Assembly (NCBI RefSeq): GCF_009914755.1
Contig: NC_060930.1
Direction: 5' to 3' (one strand)
Origin: the human T2T-CHM13v2.0 reference genome, Homo sapiens
DNA: 64,000 nt
In this document: in pieces, positions 58,130 through 64,000 of the stretch
How the letters are laid out: each line of letters begins with the position of its first letter
Position numbering within the stretch: the stretch's first letter is position 1
Program-made: the position numbers and the translations under genes
Notes under the pieces: generated by a model
What the model was told of the DNA's origin: nothing
Databases searched by the model: none
What the model saw: only the letters and a program-made list of their open reading frames with translations

Positions 58130-59370
58130 AGATGTTCAGATACCAGCCCCCAACAAAAATGGTCACCAACATCCATTCTTCTTTTCTCAGTAATAGAATC
58201 CCCAAACTCCAACTGGTCAAATGGCTACTCAGAGTCTAGTTTACATTCTCCTGCTTCCTTTGCAGGTAGATGGGTGATATGGTTTGTCTCTGTGTCCCCA
58301 CCCAAATCTCATCTTGAATTGTAATCCTCATGTGTGGAGGGAGGGAACTGGTGAGAGGTTATTGGATCATGGGGGTGGTTTCCCCCATGCTGTTCTTGTG
58401 ATAGTAAGTGAGTTCTCATGAGAGCTGATGTTTTTAAAGTGTGGCAAACCTCCTTGCTCTCTCACCTTCAAGTCTTGCTACCATGTAAGACGTGCCTTGC
58501 TTCCCCTTTGCCTTCCACTGTGATTGTAAGTTTCCTGAGGCTTCCCCAGCCTTGCAGAACTGCTAGTCAATTAAACCTCTTTCCTTTATAAATTACCCAG
58601 TCTCAGGTAGTTCTTTATAGCAGTGTGAAAACAGACTGATACAGTGACGTAGTGTGATCAAATTCAGGCCAATGGAATGGAAGCAGGAATGTTGCATGTG
58701 ATCTTCTGGGAACCTTTCCTAAAGGAGTCTTGGTGCACACCTGCAGTCCCTTCCTCTATCCTAATGACTGATAACGGGACATAATGGCCAGAGTGAGAGC
58801 TGCCAAATGGGGCCACGTGGTGGCCTTGGGAAAAGCAGGTTAAAAAATAGAAAGTATCTGGATTTCTGAGAACTGCACTGAGCCAGGCTGCCACACCAGT
58901 CTTGGGCTGCTTATCTGTATTAGAGAAATAAACTTCTACTTTAAGTCACCGTTATTTTGAACGTCTGGTACTCACAGAAAACATGATCCTAATGGATATA
59001 ATTATTTCTACAGGGCCAGCATATGGCTTAGACTAAGCCAATCATGATACCCTGTACTGCCACATACACATGAACATTTGGAGAAGAAAAGGGTTGGTCT
59101 TCTTTTTAAATCTCAATCTATGGGTCTGTGGACCTCATAAATTTCTCTCCTTTGAAGATCTACCTTGGAATGAAATAAATACACTAAGAGAGACAACAAC
59201 ATAAAAGGAAGAGCCAGAACTCTGAGAACACTGTTTGGGCCCTTGAATCTAGCTGTACCTGAAGGTGTACCAATCTAGTATCTTTCCCATTATATGGTAA
59301 GTGCCCACTTTTGCTTAAACTAGTTTGAATGTGGTTCTGTTACCTGTAACTGAGAAAGCCTTAATTAACA
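58130..59370 (+). mobile_element. MLT1-type MaLR LTR remnants (split by THE1)
   Basis: MLT1-like text on both sides of THE1 (cttcctttgcaggtagatggg | ggccaatggaatggaagcagga) and two MaLR-like 3' ends. Confidence 0.55.
58275..58643 (+). mobile_element. THE1 (C/D-like) MaLR solo LTR
   Basis: tgatatggtttgtctctgtgtccccacccaaatctcatcttgaattgtaa...attaaacctctttcctttataaattacccagtctc...gactgataca. Confidence 0.9.
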
Positions 59371-61855
59371 CCACTGTTATAGTGCATAATTGGCTTATCT
59401 GTAAAGAAAAGAAATAATGAAATTAGTTTGAAAATTAAATAAAATTATGTAATATGTACGATTACCAAAACTGATTTGAAATGCAGACATGGGGAAGTTA
59501 ACCAGGCTCACAAACTTGTTATGTGAATTATTCACCCATTCTGGCTTCCTAATAAGCATGATTTAAACTCAAACCTTGATAAAGTTATGATTTAGGATGT
59601 CACATACCTTTGACGTTACTCTCAAAAGCTCTTAACCATGAATTAAATGTGAAAATGTAAAAGGCATATGTAGTTTGATTCTGAATAGAACTGGTGTCTA
59701 AATCTGAGTTCTACCAAGATCTATCAAGAATTCTGAGTGTTGGATATTATTTAGACACATAGGAAGAAAATATGACTTCTCAGAAATGAAGTGTGATTCT
59801 GAGGCTGTGTTTAAATATATCAAGTGGAGAATTGAAACATTTGCCCTAATTTGGCTAAGTCGTGATGCGTGATGTATATATGTGTGTATGATACATATCT
59901 ACTATAATTTTTATGCACACACAGTATGATGCAAAATAATAAAGGCTAACTTTATTCTGCAATAATTGCATGCCAGATATGATTTTGTAGGCTTTATAAG
60001 AATTTTATAACAACCCATGGAGCCTGTACCATTATTATCTCCTTTCAAGTAGTGTAAATTGAGGCAGAAAGAGTTATTTTACCAAAAGTCAAACTAATAA
60101 GTGGTGGACCTCCAATTGAAAAGCACACAGTTTGGCTCTAGAACCAATGCTCTTAACCACCGTACCACATTTACCAAACTGGCTGTCAATCAATGCTGAA
60201 GAACAGCCCAATACACCTGTCCATGCAAAATGAAGCAAAGAGTGCAAAGCATTCAAGTAGCAAATCAGCTGCTGTTTCAGTCTGCATATCATAAGGAAAA
60301 TCATGACTTAGCTAAATGTATTAGGACAAATGTCCCAATTCTCCACTTGATATGTTTAAACATAGCCTCAGAATCACTCTTCATTTCTGGGAAGCCATAT
60401 TTTCTTCCTACATGTCTAAATGCCATCCAACACTCTGAGAATTCTTGATAGATCCGAGATGAAAATAAAAACAACAACACTGGTGATTGAGACCTTACAA
60501 GAAGCTCACTTGAATGAAGACTCAAGCTGGGGGGTTGAGATAGCTAAGTTGAGAACTACTTTCAATAAAGCAGCACAGCAGGAATTCTTTGATGTTTCAT
60601 CAGAGACTTAAAAAGGAAGCAGGCACACTCTGAAGTTTGCCCAGAACATTGGTCTTTATGTCCTGGGCTGCCCCAAGGTAGAATTATAAAGTGAGATGAA
60701 GCTGGGAGATGCCTTAACTCCTCCACCCTCTCTGTCACCATTGTTCTCCCCTCTCATTTTGTGCATTTGAAACTTTTCCTGCTATGGAAGCCTACTTTTA
60801 AGCAAGTAACTGGCATCAGGTTGCATAGAGAAGCAACATAAGGAGGTGGATACATGCCCATGTTCTAGGTCAGACACTGCACTTAGATCCTGGTTCTACT
60901 GGTCCTCAGCTGTGTGACTGTGGACAAGTTATTTACCTCTCTGTGCTTAGTTTTTTCGTCTAAAAATGCAAAGAAAAAGAATATTTAGTTACTTTTGGTT
61001 TGCTGTAGAGTTTAAATGAAATTATACACATAAAAATCTTAGAACAGGACCAGGTACACAGCAAGGGCTCAAAAACTGTTGGTTAACATAGTTATATAGT
61101 TACCAGCCATTTTCATTCGAGGGTAAATTTAAGTTACTGTGTTTCACCCAGAAGTATATTTGCATACCTTTTCTCTCCTTGAGATTAACCTGAGATTAAC
61201 CTTCTTAACCTTATCTGTCCTTGAGATTTCTGTTTTTGTAAAAGGAATGTCCAACATGAGGGAGAAGGTGTGAGAGCTATTCCGAGGGGATAGGAGCAAC
61301 AGGCCAAGGTGCGTGACATCCCCCCAAACTGGGAAGCTGTCTGCCTTATTACTTAAGGCCATTTCAGCTTGTCCCTCTACTCCAAGGACCTGGGTCTTCT
61401 CGGATCACACGTTAGCAATGTGTGCTCAGAGGCTAGGGTAGGAACTTGTCATCCAGCCTCAGCTGCTGGCTGGTCTGTCAGATTGCCCTGGGATAGCTGC
61501 AGATTCATCTGCAGATTCATCATGGATTGAAAATGAAAATCCAGGCCAGCAGTGGCTTTGAATGGATGAATTAGGAAAGGGAATAGGGCCACCTATGTTA
61601 ATCCTTTTGCAGCTGCCTTGATAGAAAAAGTATTAGGTTCCCATGAAACATGGAAGGCACCCATTTTTCTTCCTCAAACGACCTTCCAGCAACCTATCTG
61701 GAATGGGTGAACCAGATCATTTCTGGGGCTTTCAGTTTTGTTGTTAGTGCCATAAATGAGATTCAGTCAGTGAGGGGGGACAGAGAAAGGAAGGAGCTAT
61801 CCCAGCGAGTATGCCTCAGAAATGTATGCCTGCCTGTGGATGTGCAATGCACACT

Positions 61856-62305
61856 TGTAAACCGAACAGTCTCTGAGACAGGTCTCAATCAACTTAGAAG
61901 TTTATTTTGCCAAGGTTAAGAACACGACTGGAAGAAAGGAACACAGAATCACAGAGACAGTCTGTGGTCCGTTTTTCTGCAAAGATATTTTGAGGGCTTC
62001 AGTATTTAAAGGGGAAAAGTGGAGGCGAAGAGGGAGGGTATGGTCACAATGCATAATCCATGCATTGCAGGAGAAAAGGAGCAGGTAGGGGAATAGTCAG
62101 TGATGTATTCATCTCAGTAAATCGGCACTTTACATAAAAGGTGAACCTAGCGTAGCTATCTGTGGAGATATCTGGCCTTTCATCTGTTAGCTATTCGCTT
62201 AGCAACAGAAGGAAAAGGCTGTTTCTTGCATGACTTAGCTTCCATCTTAATTTTTTCCTTTTTGCATAGTGAATTGGGGGCCTGAAATTTCCTTTGCCTT
62301 TCACA
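61856..62305 (-). mobile_element. MER4-group ERV1 solo LTR
   Basis: TG...CA ends (tgtaaacc...cctttcaca); 4-bp TSD cact; ctgagacaggtctcaatcaa...agaagtttattttgccaaggttaag is typical of antisense MER4-family LTRs. Confidence 0.8.
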
Positions 62306-62504
62306 CACTGAAACTACATGACTGGGATTTCCCTCCCTCCACAGTCCTACGTTGCTTTCTGACTACCCTTTCCCCTGCAAGGATCATAATATAAAAGTGT
62401 TAGGAGGCGGGAGTGAAAGAGATTTTTTTCATTCCTGGTTTCTGTTATCCACTATGCCTTGACCTTCGCTCTGTCCATATGATCAAATTACTTCCTGAAC
62501 CTAG

Positions 62505-62650
62505 ACCGTTGGGCGCGTCATCCGCGGGACTGACTGCCTCCCGCCGGCTTCCTGAGGCCGGACCGCAGCGGGGACGCCTCCTCTCAGGCCCAGCAGGGGG
62601 CGCGCGAGCCTCAGGAGACGCCAGCGGTGGTTGCGGAGCTGCGGTGCTGG
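62505..62650. promoter_or_regulatory. Small CpG-rich island with consensus CTCF motif CCAGCAGGGGGCGC (62590-62603)
   Basis: Dense CpG/GC patch in an otherwise CpG-depleted window; exact fit to the CCASYAGRKGGCRS core. Confidence 0.75.
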
Positions 62651-64000
62651 AGGCCAGCTGTCACTCCAACCCAGCTGGAGATTCCTGTCGGGAATGCTTG
62701 GCATAGGACAACTGTGAGGGAGCCCCTGGGGCATGGGAAAACCCTCACAGTTCCAGAAAAAAACAGAAAACGGGTGCACAGTTTTTCTCGGTTAATCAAA
62801 GTCAAATTCCTCTTCCCACAACTGCTGGGGTGCCGGCTGGCTGGCAGGATGGAAGACCCAGGATGGTAAAAATCAAAATCCGAAAAAGGCAGGGCCCAAA
62901 GTCATTCCTAGGTTTTGCGGTTTAATGTCATCGGAAGTGGGCCGTGACAGCAATCTGCCCACCACTTGCCCAGTCAGGTCCTCTTGCCTTTCATGCTGAG
63001 AATAAAGCCATTTTTTTCCCCCCAGGCTTCTGGGTTTGTTGTGTTTGGGCTTCAATAGTCACCGGCATCCTTCACTTGGCTCTGCATGAGAGAATAAAAA
63101 CCCTGCAGTGGGAACAGGCTCATGTATCTCCTAACCATGCCCCATGTGTGCAGAGGGACCTGTCATGGACACTGGTGGCCTTTCAACTTCATTTCAAAGT
63201 TTACAGGTAAAAGGGGAAAAATGGGTGTGTATAAAATCATTTAAGAATAGACAGGACGGCTGTGTCTGAATCGTAGGACACCACGACCAAGGCCCCCACG
63301 CCCACCGCTAACACATAGAGATGATATTTGGAGATAAGAACTGGTCTGGCACAGAGCGGGCTTCGGGAGTTGGCCCATCTCCCCTCTTTTCTTCTTCTGT
63401 CCACTCCACATTCACTAACAGTGGGAAACTTGGTTTCCGTCTAGAATGTGCTAGAGGATAAATAGAGCCCTCACATCCTTTATATTCATCTATAGGACAT
63501 GAGGGCTCTATTTTCAGCTGTCAATGAAAATTTTGAGTCATCCTCACACAAATGTTGGAACAGGCATCTGTTTATTTGCTAGACATTTGGTTCTGAAAAC
63601 TTTACTTCAAGGACCCTTGTTTAAACCTTCTATAACATGCTGGATCTTTGCACACGGCTTGGGAGTGTGGATGAGGTGAGGGAAACCATCAGCCCTGACA
63701 GCCAGTTGAGTTCAGCGGCGAGCTGCCGGCCTCCCCCATGCCTGGAAGATAGAAAGGATCGTTCGCTGTTTGGAGAGTGGAGGGGCATTCTGGGTGACAT
63801 GCAGAAGCCTGAGCAGCAGCAGCACCACATTGCAAGAAGGCAGACAATTACTACAAAGACAGCTCACGGGATCTCATTAGATATTTCCTTGTTATGGAAT
63901 GGAAAGGAAGCATAGCTGCGTGCTGGCATACATGATGTGATTTTAAATCCCAAGTCATAATTTTAGAAACCAACAGAACCTAATATTAAAGCTAAACTAC

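Noticed and set aside
62413-63915. Overlapping ORFs in the GC-rich distal region as a possible second gene
   Set aside because: High GC explains the lack of stops; no recognisable domain or consistent exon chain, and no exon of the neighbouring gene could be identified.

Overview
This is primate, almost certainly human, genomic DNA carrying the complete MEP1A gene (meprin A subunit alpha, an astacin-family zinc metalloprotease) on the + strand. I reconstructed 14 GT-AG coding exons from ATG 7051 to TGA 52622. They total 2241 nt (746 aa) and encode the signal peptide, propeptide, astacin domain ([11 protein letters not shown]), MAM, TRAF/MATH, inserted domain with a furin site (RQKR), EGF, TM and a short tail. 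A compact promoter has HNF4-, CDX- and GATA-like motifs, and poly(A) signals cluster at about 53.0-53.3 kb. The rest is mostly interspersed repeats: 10 Alus and a FLAM, a near full-length antisense L1PB in intron 6, older L1M, L2, MIR and hAT elements, and MER11, THE1, MLT1 and MER4-group LTRs. There are also long GAAA/GGAA tracts, an AT-rich palindromic minisatellite, and a small CpG-rich patch with a consensus CTCF site near 62.6 kb. I found no convincing new gene or system. The best leads are: (1) an 84-nt stop-free intron 1 whose retention would add a TM-like segment; (2) several locally templated duplications, mostly inverted, in introns 5-8; (3) a 5' half-tRNA-Arg(TCT) retrocopy inside a MER33; (4) inverted Alu pairs flanking exon 7 and exon 11, where an exon 11 circle would have an endless ORF; (5) an atypical exon 9 acceptor. 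Repeat subfamily names and reference alleles come from recall of consensus sequences and need RepeatMasker/BLAST confirmation. Boundaries of old repeats are approximate.
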